Part shown: one piece after another, positions 50,662-59,547 of the stretch
Position numbering within the stretch: the stretch's first letter is position 1
Layout: each line of letters opens with the position of its first letter
Notes under the pieces: generated by a model
The model's database searches: none
Seen by the model: the letters and a program-made list of their open reading frames with translations, nothing else
Told to the model about the DNA's origin: nothing
IMG/VR virus record: IMGVR_UViG_3300014656_000022
Span: 1 to 64,000 of that record
Length of the DNA stretch: 64,000 bases
DNA from: a virus
Lineage: Duplodnaviria > Caudoviricetes
Strand: one strand, 5' to 3'
Made by a program: the position numbers and the translations under genes

Positions 50662-51258
50662 CTAGAGATCCTGGTCTAGCGGAATTAGAACTACCTCATC
50701 TTCCTCTTCGAATTCTACAACATCCCCGACTCGTGTCGAGATCTTGGGACCAGAATCTACTAGACTATCTGCTGGGACATCTCCCCCAGGAAAGAGAGAT
50801 TGAACCTGCTTGCTCTGTATTGCTAAATGCTCTTCTAGAGCCTGTAGAACACTCTTGCGTCCTTTTCCAGTTTGTTCTAATTTGAGAGCTGCTCTAGTCT
50901 CTTGAAGAGACATTTCTGGGACTAATCTCTTAACTGTTGCATGATGCCCAGAGAGAATATTCCTAACCTTATTCTCATCTACTACTACTTGCTTAGGTTC
51001 TACAGGAGGACTCCATGTAATTGTGGTAGCTTCTAGCTTAACAGCATTGATTAACTCGTCCTTATTATCTACAAGAAGTATTCCTCTTCTCATATTATAG
51101 AGGACCTGATTCCTCTCCTTTTCTGAGAGATTTTGGACAGAGAGTTCTCTTGGACCTGGGTCATCAAAAGTAAATGGTATCCAATTCTTCTTATCTCTAT
51201 TTTCATCTCCGATAAAACACATTGAAATTCTACTCTCTGGATTCCATTGAACTTGCAT
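50662..51258 (-). CDS. Hypothetical protein downstream of capsid gene (198 aa)
   Basis: GGGG/AAGG SD; contains ALKLEQTGKGRKSVLQAL helical motif; no firm family. Confidence 0.6.
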   Translation of the reverse strand: MQVQWNPESRISMCFIGDENRDKKNWIPFTFDDPGPRELSVQNLSEKERNQVLYNMRRGILLVDNKDELINAVKLEATTITWSPPVEPKQVVVDENKVRNILSGHHATVKRLVPEMSLQETRAALKLEQTGKGRKSVLQALEEHLAIQSKQVQSLFPGGDVPADSLVDSGPKISTRVGDVVEFEEEDEVVLIPLDQDL

Positions 51259-51274
51259 AAAGTTCCCCTTTCTT

Positions 51275-51307
51275 TAAAGAAAGAGAGGGGCACATTGGCC
51301 CCTCTCT
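51275..51307 (-). terminator. Intrinsic terminator after the major capsid gene
   Basis: Perfect 10-bp stem AGAGAGGGGC-CAATGT-GCCCCTCTCT (51282..51307) followed by TTCTTT on the minus strand. Confidence 0.8.
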
Positions 51308-51333
51308 AGATTATCCTATTCTATCAGGTCCCC

Positions 51334-52566
51334 TTAGAGAACGCTAGCAGTTGGGCTGATAGCGGTTACACTGCCAGAAACATCAATGGTAGCAGAAGCA
51401 GGCAGTACAATCTCGTTGGGTACGATATGAACATTCTTGAGACAAGCAATAGCTTTGCCTTCGTTGAGAATGCCAATACCATATCGTTCCTTCAGCTTAA
51501 TCTTTCGGATGTCAGTCCGTGGATCTTCAAACTCTTCTGTCATGACATCATGAGCTACAGCCATTACACCTAGTTCAGCTGAATCGAACATGTAGATATC
51601 AGACAGCTTTCTCCGTGGGTCATATCTAACGAATGGAGAAACAATAATCCGGAAAGGAATATTAAAGTAACTAGGTAATACAGGAGCACTGGTAATAGTC
51701 TGTGAATATCCCTCTAGAGGAGTAGCAGTTTCACCTGCAGCATTCCCCCCTGGAGTAATAGTCTGACCACCAGACATACCAAGACCACCATGTGAACTTG
51801 CTTCCCAAGGAGCCCGCCCTGCTGGATTACCAGTGTGAGAGGCAAAGAAAACTCCACCACCACTATTCAGAACGAAAGCTCGAAGAGTTGCATCCTTAAC
51901 ACACATTACCCATGTAAGTGGATGCATGAGAAGTGTATTAGGGGTGAAACCTTGATTAATTACTTGAGCATACCCATCAAAGAGATCATCCATAGTTAGA
52001 GACCCATTGGCCCCACCTGAGAGGTCCCGACCAGTGCAAACACCTAAGATTGAACTAGTAGGAGCTATGTTGTCAAATACAGGTTGACCCATTGCTCGGA
52101 TATAGTTAAAAATCTTTACCTCTTTATGCCGAGCGAGGGCGCGACCAGCCTGTCTGAGAAGCATCCCGATGACATCAAACTGGGAGTACATGATCATCTC
52201 TTCTGAGACCTTTACGGCTAGACCACATTTCCCAATGTTAGCTGTCACAGTAGCTCCACCCATGGTGGGACTACGTTCTGGATACTCTCCCATTTCACCG
52301 ATATCAGCAGCTTGCATAGCTCCAATAGCGGGGAAAGAGATAGTTGGACCATAAGTATAATTGATACGTTGAAGCAAACTAGCACCAATAGTTAGTGGTT
52401 CGAGTGCTTCTTTCACAATATTACTTATGACCTTGGGCATAAGGATGGAGGCATTTGGCGATGCCAAGGCATCCTCTAATTTGATTTGGGTGCCGTCGAG
52501 AGCCCGCCCACTATTCCTCCAAAGGAATTCGAGCTGTCTGGCATCTTCAATTTTTACGTTAGACAT
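51334..52566 (-). CDS. Major capsid protein (HK97 fold)
   Basis: Strong SD; FPAIG...EMGEYP...IGKCGLAVKVSEEMI...LARHKE...GFTPNTLLMHP...IKLKERYGIGIL; followed by terminator. Confidence 0.9.
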   Translation of the reverse strand: MSNVKIEDARQLEFLWRNSGRALDGTQIKLEDALASPNASILMPKVISNIVKEALEPLTIGASLLQRINYTYGPTISFPAIGAMQAADIGEMGEYPERSPTMGGATVTANIGKCGLAVKVSEEMIMYSQFDVIGMLLRQAGRALARHKEVKIFNYIRAMGQPVFDNIAPTSSILGVCTGRDLSGGANGSLTMDDLFDGYAQVINQGFTPNTLLMHPLTWVMCVKDATLRAFVLNSGGGVFFASHTGNPAGRAPWEASSHGGLGMSGGQTITPGGNAAGETATPLEGYSQTITSAPVLPSYFNIPFRIIVSPFVRYDPRRKLSDIYMFDSAELGVMAVAHDVMTEEFEDPRTDIRKIKLKERYGIGILNEGKAIACLKNVHIVPNEIVLPASATIDVSGSVTAISPTASVL

Positions 52567-52590
52567 GGTGTTACCTTTGTCCTCCTCTCC

Positions 52591-53832
52591 TTAACGGGAA
52601 ATTAGATTAATTCTTACAACTAGATTTGCGCCACCAGCATAATGTACATTACCTGGTGCCCCACCGGTTGCTGAACCGGGCATCTGATCCATCTGGCCAG
52701 CGTAAGCTGGGAGAGAACCAGCAGCATCTGTAGATAGACTTGGATAAGCAGTACGAACTCGATCGAGAGCATCCTTACCTAGAACATCCTCTCTTTCGAT
52801 TACCTGTCCAAGAATATCGGCAAAAGTGTCGAAGTTATCAGTCTCAGCATCACCATAGGTCTTTGCGGTAGCTACAACAAAGTTTGAGTCTGAGTTGCAC
52901 TTAACAAAACAACCTGGTGTTAGGTCACCAAGAGCACAAGCAAACTTGGAGACATTAGTACCAGTTGGAGCTGATCCATAGTGATAGAAGTTGACATCGT
53001 AGTGACCAAGAACATCTGCTGATGCATAACAGTAGAAGTAGCCATTTACTAGGTCGACATAGTAATCACCCATCTGGGTAATATCAGCCATTGCATCCTT
53101 CTCTACCGCAAAACGGGTAGAGGCATCACCACCGGTAATGGTAATAGGAGTACGCATGGTATTCTTAGCCATTGGAAGTAGGCCAGTAAATGATCCAGCA
53201 TCAGTCAGGAGAGCAATATTAGTACTTGCATCCCTGCTACTCTGAATAATATCAGTGCCTACAGATGAAAGAGCTGGAACTAGAGGTAGCTCAATGACAT
53301 AGTCACAGAGTACACCCGCACGATGCTGGAGATTGAAGTTATGTCTCATATACCCAGCAGGATTGGTCCCATCATCATATGAGCTTGCATCACCAGCCCA
53401 TTTCCAGAAAGGATAAGGAGCCACACCGATTGGCTTGCTTACCGCGAGTGCACCAAGTCCTCTTCCCATAAAGCTAGTTACTGCAGATACTAGAAAAGTC
53501 CCAATATTAGCAGTTAGAAGAGCTGAGCCAGTACGGACATCAATTACGCCTGCTTCTACGTCGTTAGCAGCGTAAGTAATACTTGCACTACCAAGTCCAT
53601 ATTGGGCTGGAACTAGCTTAGAATCATTATCTAAAGCTAGAGCCTTTCCAGGCATACAGACCATCCACTCTGAGAAATACTTCTCGAAAAACTGAACTGG
53701 TAGCCAACATGCAGGCCACCATTCACCATGAGGGCGATCACCCTCAGAGTAGTCAACGACTGGAATAATATTGCCAATTTGGTCATAGGCTTTGTGGTTA
53801 GGATCGTATCGACCCAAAGTGTCAAAAGACAT
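52591..53832 (-). CDS. Putative head decoration/cement protein (413 aa)
   Basis: GGAGGT SD; between protease and capsid; PIGVAPY, ILGQVI motifs typical of beta-tulip decoration proteins. Inferred from position. Confidence 0.6.
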   Translation of the reverse strand: MSFDTLGRYDPNHKAYDQIGNIIPVVDYSEGDRPHGEWWPACWLPVQFFEKYFSEWMVCMPGKALALDNDSKLVPAQYGLGSASITYAANDVEAGVIDVRTGSALLTANIGTFLVSAVTSFMGRGLGALAVSKPIGVAPYPFWKWAGDASSYDDGTNPAGYMRHNFNLQHRAGVLCDYVIELPLVPALSSVGTDIIQSSRDASTNIALLTDAGSFTGLLPMAKNTMRTPITITGGDASTRFAVEKDAMADITQMGDYYVDLVNGYFYCYASADVLGHYDVNFYHYGSAPTGTNVSKFACALGDLTPGCFVKCNSDSNFVVATAKTYGDAETDNFDTFADILGQVIEREDVLGKDALDRVRTAYPSLSTDAAGSLPAYAGQMDQMPGSATGGAPGNVHYAGGANLVVRINLISR

Positions 53833-53849
53833 GAATTACCTCCGGTAAG

Positions 53850-55931
53850 TTATCCGTTATCAGTTGGGAGCTTTCCCATAGCTTGACAACGTTGAATATA
53901 TTTAGCAGCAGCAGTAGGTCCTTGACCTGGAGAAAAAAGTAGCTTGAGATATTGTTCTTCAATTTTTCCTAAATCCTCTGGAGTCACAACCTGCTCCTTT
54001 ATCTCATCTTGTACTTGAGTAGGGTCATCTACTATTTCAGTTGGTGTTCTACTCATTCCATCACCGATTTTATTAACAATTCCCTGGAAGTCAACAAGTT
54101 CTGCAAGATTAATTGTTTCTGTATCTAGAACCTCGTCTGTAAGAGTAGCAAAATCTCTTTCTTTAACTTCCTTGTCATTCAGATTCTGAAGAATTGCTAA
54201 ATGCATTTCCTTGGCTTTCCTAACCTGTTTGACACTCTCTACAAGCTTTTCTTTGAGAGTCTCAGTGTCTTTAAACATGGCCATATGCTCTTGTTTGAGA
54301 GTTTCGATTTCATCTCTCAATTCACCAATCTTTTCCTCGTTTTGAATAATTTCTTCTAGAAGTTTGTCTTCACAAACTGGGCTAAGAGCTAATTCTTCAT
54401 TCACTAAGGCAAGAACTAAATTGTCTTTTCCAACCATTGTAGCAAGCCGCTTAAGAATACCCTGAAGTACTTTTAGTTCTTCGGCTTCAAAAACCGCTTC
54501 ACCGTCCTTTTCAAAAGGCTTACCATCTTCGAGAGCTTCAATGAGCATATGCATAATTCTGCTATGCTGATAACTATCTTGAGTTGGCTGTTGAGTCTCA
54601 TCTTTTGATTTGGTATCACATCCTAGCTTTTTAGCTTTTCTAGAGACACAAGCAAGAATTGTGCTTTTGTCTCCAGGACCTTTATATCGACCAATGAGTC
54701 TTCTTGCAGCAACTACATGAGCGCAATCAGGAACCGGAAAACTCTTATTTGGTCCACAGAAAGTTGACTTAGAGAGATCCTTTCGCTGCTTAGTAGAGAG
54801 TTTTGCATCCTCAATTTCCTTCAGAAATGAGTCCCGCACATCTTCGCTTTCAGGAGCTAATTCTCCATCAGTAATTGCTCCTTGGACTTCTGCCCATAGA
54901 AGTTCGTAGAATTGTTCCTCTTGTTCGTCTGTAAGAGTTTCAGCGTCCATGAGTACGGTTAAGATATCTTCTTGAGTTTCTTCTTGAGTTGAATCTTCAA
55001 CAATAGTTTCATCTACTGGAGTTTCAACCTGATCTCCAACCTCTTGGGAGTTGTCAAGAGCGTCCATTAATCTCTCCTTAAATTGAGGGAATGAAGGTGC
55101 AACCTCATATACCCTACCAGTATTAGCAATTTCGATTTCATCTTTAATTCCGTTACAGTTTAACTGAAGAACCTTGCTATGTCTATCAGCTGGGAAATTT
55201 ACTACTGAATATTCATCATAAATCAGGTCACCAGCAATAATGAAACAAGGAGCACCGTCATATATAGCTCCTGGTGTATGTTCGCATTTGCCAGATTCTG
55301 TCCAATCTTGTCTACAGGTAGAACAAATAGCTTGATTAGTAGTAGCTCCTACAGAGCCTGTTAGATAACGACCATCTAAGAACTTTGTAATAGCAGCTTG
55401 GTCAGTAATATTTGCTAGTATCTGAAGATATCCTAACCCTTCATAGGTGCTATCACGGATAATTGAATCCCGTAAAAGAGAGCAAACAGTATCTACCGCC
55501 ATTCCAAATGGCAATTTTCCTGCAATGAAGTCTTGTAGAAGAACATCATTCAGAATGCCAATTTCTTTCCCTGCTCGATTCTTTATATGGATGCCTTTAA
55601 CCAGGTCAAATTGATCTCTTACTACCCCAGAAGTATCTACATAAATAGAATCTATGATCCGCCCAATGGGATCACTGTGTTCCTGATGATGTACGAGAAC
55701 TGGTTTGGCATAGTTCTCAATAAAGGTAGGTGCTCCCTTTTTCATTCTGTCGGGGAGATAAAACCCATTATTTCTTGTGATAATTCCAGCATGAGTTGCA
55801 GCAATAGAAACTTGAAGTCCTTGAGGATGCATACTCATGGATGAATATGAACTTAGGTTATCATTCACCCGAGTCATACTCTCATCTGTAAACCTGAAAG
55901 TTACTAGATCGTTAATACGTAAGAAGTTCAC
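53850..55931 (-). CDS. Prohead protease fused to acidic scaffold region
   Basis: PVLVHH...PIGRI (His) and GRYLTGSVG (Ser), EYSVVNFPAD; acidic coiled-coil C-half; GTG start with GAGGTG SD. Confidence 0.85.
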   Translation of the reverse strand: MNFLRINDLVTFRFTDESMTRVNDNLSSYSSMSMHPQGLQVSIAATHAGIITRNNGFYLPDRMKKGAPTFIENYAKPVLVHHQEHSDPIGRIIDSIYVDTSGVVRDQFDLVKGIHIKNRAGKEIGILNDVLLQDFIAGKLPFGMAVDTVCSLLRDSIIRDSTYEGLGYLQILANITDQAAITKFLDGRYLTGSVGATTNQAICSTCRQDWTESGKCEHTPGAIYDGAPCFIIAGDLIYDEYSVVNFPADRHSKVLQLNCNGIKDEIEIANTGRVYEVAPSFPQFKERLMDALDNSQEVGDQVETPVDETIVEDSTQEETQEDILTVLMDAETLTDEQEEQFYELLWAEVQGAITDGELAPESEDVRDSFLKEIEDAKLSTKQRKDLSKSTFCGPNKSFPVPDCAHVVAARRLIGRYKGPGDKSTILACVSRKAKKLGCDTKSKDETQQPTQDSYQHSRIMHMLIEALEDGKPFEKDGEAVFEAEELKVLQGILKRLATMVGKDNLVLALVNEELALSPVCEDKLLEEIIQNEEKIGELRDEIETLKQEHMAMFKDTETLKEKLVESVKQVRKAKEMHLAILQNLNDKEVKERDFATLTDEVLDTETINLAELVDFQGIVNKIGDGMSRTPTEIVDDPTQVQDEIKEQVVTPEDLGKIEEQYLKLLFSPGQGPTAAAKYIQRCQAMGKLPTDNG

Positions 55932-55951
55932 TTATTTACACCTCTTGAATA

Positions 55952-55979
55952 TATATACAGCAAATTATTTACCTTTCAA
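55952..55979 (-). promoter_or_regulatory. Possible sigma70-like promoter upstream of protease/capsid genes
   Basis: TTGAAA (55979..55974), 16 nt, TATATA (55957..55952); spacing suboptimal and region AT-rich. Confidence 0.3.
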
Positions 55980-58900
55980 ACCGTTAGAACAGATTGCAAG
56001 GGCAGATAACTCAATTTTGTCTTCACTCCATCCTGGATGGTCCTGTTCTAGTCTTGTTTTTACTTTTTGAACATAATGTTCTAACTTAACTTTATTTTGA
56101 GTAGTTATATCTTGAAGAACATGATCGCAGGCTGTCTCTGCCTGAATTTCAAGTTGTTCTTCGCTCCAGTCTGGATGTTGGACTCTAAGTCTTGTTTTAG
56201 TTTTCATCACACACTTAACAAATTGAGCCTTCTTTGATTTAGGTCCAAGAGTAGACTTGGTCTTCTTATGTGCATCCTGGACACTGGTTTCCGTAGCTAA
56301 GAGGACACACCCACAATTTGCATGAAATGGAGGAATGTCATCTATATCCATGAGACTTGGATTATATAGCTCCCTTGAACGAGCGAGACAATCGTCACAG
56401 GGTTCTGGAGTAGTATTCTCTAGTTTGAGACTTACTACTTCTGTATCTCTCCATCTAACTAGTTGACCAAAACCATATCCTTTTCGGACTTCGACATCTT
56501 CAATAAAAGCTGTCCTGTAACGCAATGCACTAAAAACAGACCTGGTATTTAGAGCTATATTACTAAGAGGCTCCAGATTATCTACCCTTTTTTGAAGAAG
56601 AGAAACAATGTCATTGGTTAGCTTGGTAACAAAATGATTTGCACGCTCAGTAAAAATAGTTCTAGCATAAGCAGTTCTTTGAATAAATTCAGGTCCTACA
56701 GCTCCACCCTGATGCAAATACCCACTTCTAAATGCAACAACCTGCTCAGCAATGAGTTGCTGAATAGTTGTTTCCATCTGGGCTCTAATTAGTTGCCCGA
56801 CCCAATCATGTTCTAGTTGTCCCTTGATTTGAACATGAGCTATAGCTCCCTCTGTAATCAAATCGAACGTATTGGCTAAATACCCATCTCTAGACTTTGG
56901 CCTAGATGGTCTTGTTGTAACGACGTTCTTCTTTTGTTTTGCTTTAGCAATAGCAGCTTTTTGCTTCTCTAATTCTATGTCCTTTTCTTGGGTCTCTGTC
57001 TTTGCAGTTTGTATATCAGACTCGGTTGTAATGAGAGAACTGGACCTAGCTACAGCCTTAGCGAGTGCGCTCCACGGCTCATCCAGACTTTGTATTAATA
57101 GTTTGGGTTCTTCGTAGAGTTTCCAGTTGGTTCTGTTCCATTCTGGAAATTCATCACCACCGTCTCTCTCAGCTTCAATGTCTTCTCTTGATGGGATACG
57201 AAGAGGTTCTAAACCACAACCCAGCCTTCTTGTTTCGTCAAGAGTAATAATGTTCTTATTAAATTGGTCAGCATAGTGAGCTTCCTTTTTAATTTGAACA
57301 TCAATATCTATTTCTTTAAAGCGGAGAAAACATTTATTTTCCTCATTGAGAACATCATCTCCATATGTACTCTCTAATAGTAGCTCATTTATAACATAGG
57401 TGTTAAAGAAGGTTTCAAAGACTTGTTGATAATCCTTTACACTGTCGATCAGGTTTCTAGAAAGATTATCGCTAGTACTTCTGTTTACAGTATTCCCCTG
57501 GATCGTCACTTTTCCATTACGTCTTGTGATATAAAGATGATGAGGAACATTGTAACAATAGATACCACCAGAATATTCTTTACTAGTAATCATTTGTGAT
57601 TGAACTAGTCTATGTTGAACACTGGTTCTTGGAGAAGAAATATAGACTCTCCACATTGGGTTTTTACCCCACGCTGCTTGGTCTTGTTCTACAAGAACAA
57701 CTTTAGCATTATATCCTAAGGATAATGCTAAAATTTGAACATCATCTGCCAACCCCTTGCTAGACGTATAGTAAGTCTTAAATTTACCTAGACCTTCATC
57801 CCACCCATCTCCTATAACCAAGGCCTGTAGAAGAGCTTCTCTAGCCTTTTGAGGCCACTCTAAGGCAAATAAAGGTATCCGCTTGTTTTTTGATCCATGC
57901 GGTACGTTCTTTCTAAGAAAAGAATATAAAGTTTTACCGTATATCTTAATGCCAGACTGATTACTTTTTTTACTCTTGATTTTACTATAAGAAAGTCCTA
58001 TTCGATCAGCATTTTGACAAATTAGGTCTAAATTTGCCCCTTTATTTTGAGATATAAGTGTTCGATAGAAACCCTTGTTACCGTTAGATTTATCTATACA
58101 TCCCTCAGAAATAAAGTAACCTAAGAATTCTGCAAAATCTACAAGCTGGCACGAAATACTCTTGCAAGGACCACCTCTTTTCGCTTTAGAAGCCTTGATA
58201 AAAAATCTATCTTTAGTTAAATTTTTATCTTCAAGAGGAGCACTTTCTAAGACATAAAACTCTGTTCCATATTTATTATCTAATAACTCTTTTGCTTCAA
58301 TAATCTCCCAACTATCTCTCCACTTAGCCTTAACCCACATTCTGTGGTGAGGAGTTACTTGAATATCTAAATGCTGACCCTGAATATGAATCATTTCTCC
58401 AGTATAATCATTAGCATATTTATAGTTAGCAAAACGATATTCTACTTTCCATATATCTGGATTGAAGACAGCTATTTTCTCTTTTGTGTGGTCGATTTCG
58501 TAATGATATTTCCACCCATTCTCTGTTAAAGTTTGAGTGTCATCTGAATAACATTCGCCTTCTCCGAGATCTACACTAGAAATACCAAGACCAGCTATTA
58601 CCCTTTGTTTAAAATGTTTGAGATACCCTTCAGCCCTGAGTGCTCTTCCTTCAGCCCCAATAGCTTTAATATCATGCCTTTCTGGGGTAACTATTCCTCC
58701 TTCTGTAGGCATACGTTGAATCTCTGCTTTTACTACATCAATCTCTTTATACCCATCTTCTGTATATCCTGCTGGAGACTCTGGAGTACCTACTTTGTAC
58801 TGGAAAAGAGGAAATAAATGTTGATAAATGAGTAGCTCTAAATTTTCCTCAATTTTGCGAAGAGCACGAATATCATCTAAAACCGGGACCAAAAGAGGTG

Positions 58901-59534
58901 TTCCGTAAAGGAAGCCATCTTTTCTATCGTGGTAGAAATGGATTACATCCTCTGGTTTATAGGTTCGATATGATCCATCTGGCATATGTTGCCGCCATTT
59001 GGATACTTTATTCCCAACCAGTTGACATTCCATTGTTTCAGCAGGAACAGGAAAGTATGCTGCTACTGGCTCTAGCTCTTTATTTGTTTGTGGGAGAGTT
59101 CTAATTTTTCCTCCAGATGCCTTTGTCTTTCTCACTTTTAAGAGAAAAGCATTAGATTTAAGGATTAAAGAAGCTCCAACCGCTCTGAAAAGCATCTTAG
59201 TTGAAAGACCAGAAGCCTGTTCTGTTTGAGCTAAACGAGTCTTTATGTAAGTAATAGTTTGCAGATTGGGACCAACCATATCCCAACCCTCTTTAAACAT
59301 GAGTGCTGTCTTCTTAGCTATTGCTTGTCTGACAAAGGCTTCTGTATCCAGCACCTTTCCTAATTCGACTAAGTCATATTCCGGAACCTGAAAGGCTGAT
59401 CTTCCTGTTCCATAAAGAGAACTATATGAAAGGACAGGATTCTTTACTGCAGGAATAAGAACAGGTTTAGAAGTCCGGGGGATATTGACTTGAGGCTCAG
59501 GAATCTTCTCCTGAATCTTAACTGTATCTTCCAA
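55965..59534 (-). CDS. Portal protein with intein and C-terminal MuF/SPP1 gp7-like domain
   Basis: TTG start with GGAGG SD; YFPVPAETM, DVIHF...GFLYGTPLL portal motifs; follows terminase; CDDC...PPFHANCGC near C-terminus. Confidence 0.9.
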   Translation of the reverse strand: MEDTVKIQEKIPEPQVNIPRTSKPVLIPAVKNPVLSYSSLYGTGRSAFQVPEYDLVELGKVLDTEAFVRQAIAKKTALMFKEGWDMVGPNLQTITYIKTRLAQTEQASGLSTKMLFRAVGASLILKSNAFLLKVRKTKASGGKIRTLPQTNKELEPVAAYFPVPAETMECQLVGNKVSKWRQHMPDGSYRTYKPEDVIHFYHDRKDGFLYGTPLLVPVLDDIRALRKIEENLELLIYQHLFPLFQYKVGTPESPAGYTEDGYKEIDVVKAEIQRMPTEGGIVTPERHDIKAIGAEGRALRAEGYLKHFKQRVIAGLGISSVDLGEGECYSDDTQTLTENGWKYHYEIDHTKEKIAVFNPDIWKVEYRFANYKYANDYTGEMIHIQGQHLDIQVTPHHRMWVKAKWRDSWEIIEAKELLDNKYGTEFYVLESAPLEDKNLTKDRFFIKASKAKRGGPCKSISCQLVDFAEFLGYFISEGCIDKSNGNKGFYRTLISQNKGANLDLICQNADRIGLSYSKIKSKKSNQSGIKIYGKTLYSFLRKNVPHGSKNKRIPLFALEWPQKAREALLQALVIGDGWDEGLGKFKTYYTSSKGLADDVQILALSLGYNAKVVLVEQDQAAWGKNPMWRVYISSPRTSVQHRLVQSQMITSKEYSGGIYCYNVPHHLYITRRNGKVTIQGNTVNRSTSDNLSRNLIDSVKDYQQVFETFFNTYVINELLLESTYGDDVLNEENKCFLRFKEIDIDVQIKKEAHYADQFNKNIITLDETRRLGCGLEPLRIPSREDIEAERDGGDEFPEWNRTNWKLYEEPKLLIQSLDEPWSALAKAVARSSSLITTESDIQTAKTETQEKDIELEKQKAAIAKAKQKKNVVTTRPSRPKSRDGYLANTFDLITEGAIAHVQIKGQLEHDWVGQLIRAQMETTIQQLIAEQVVAFRSGYLHQGGAVGPEFIQRTAYARTIFTERANHFVTKLTNDIVSLLQKRVDNLEPLSNIALNTRSVFSALRYRTAFIEDVEVRKGYGFGQLVRWRDTEVVSLKLENTTPEPCDDCLARSRELYNPSLMDIDDIPPFHANCGCVLLATETSVQDAHKKTKSTLGPKSKKAQFVKCVMKTKTRLRVQHPDWSEEQLEIQAETACDHVLQDITTQNKVKLEHYVQKVKTRLEQDHPGWSEDKIELSALAICSNGLKGK
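57492..58553 (-). mobile_element. Intein with LAGLIDADG homing endonuclease (354 aa)
   Basis: GEGE|CYSDDTQTLTENGW...VTPHHRMW...IYCYNVPHHLYITRRNGKVTIQGN|T; helices GYFISEG and ALVIGDG. Confidence 0.95.
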
Positions 59535-59547
59535 AGCTGCCTCCCGA

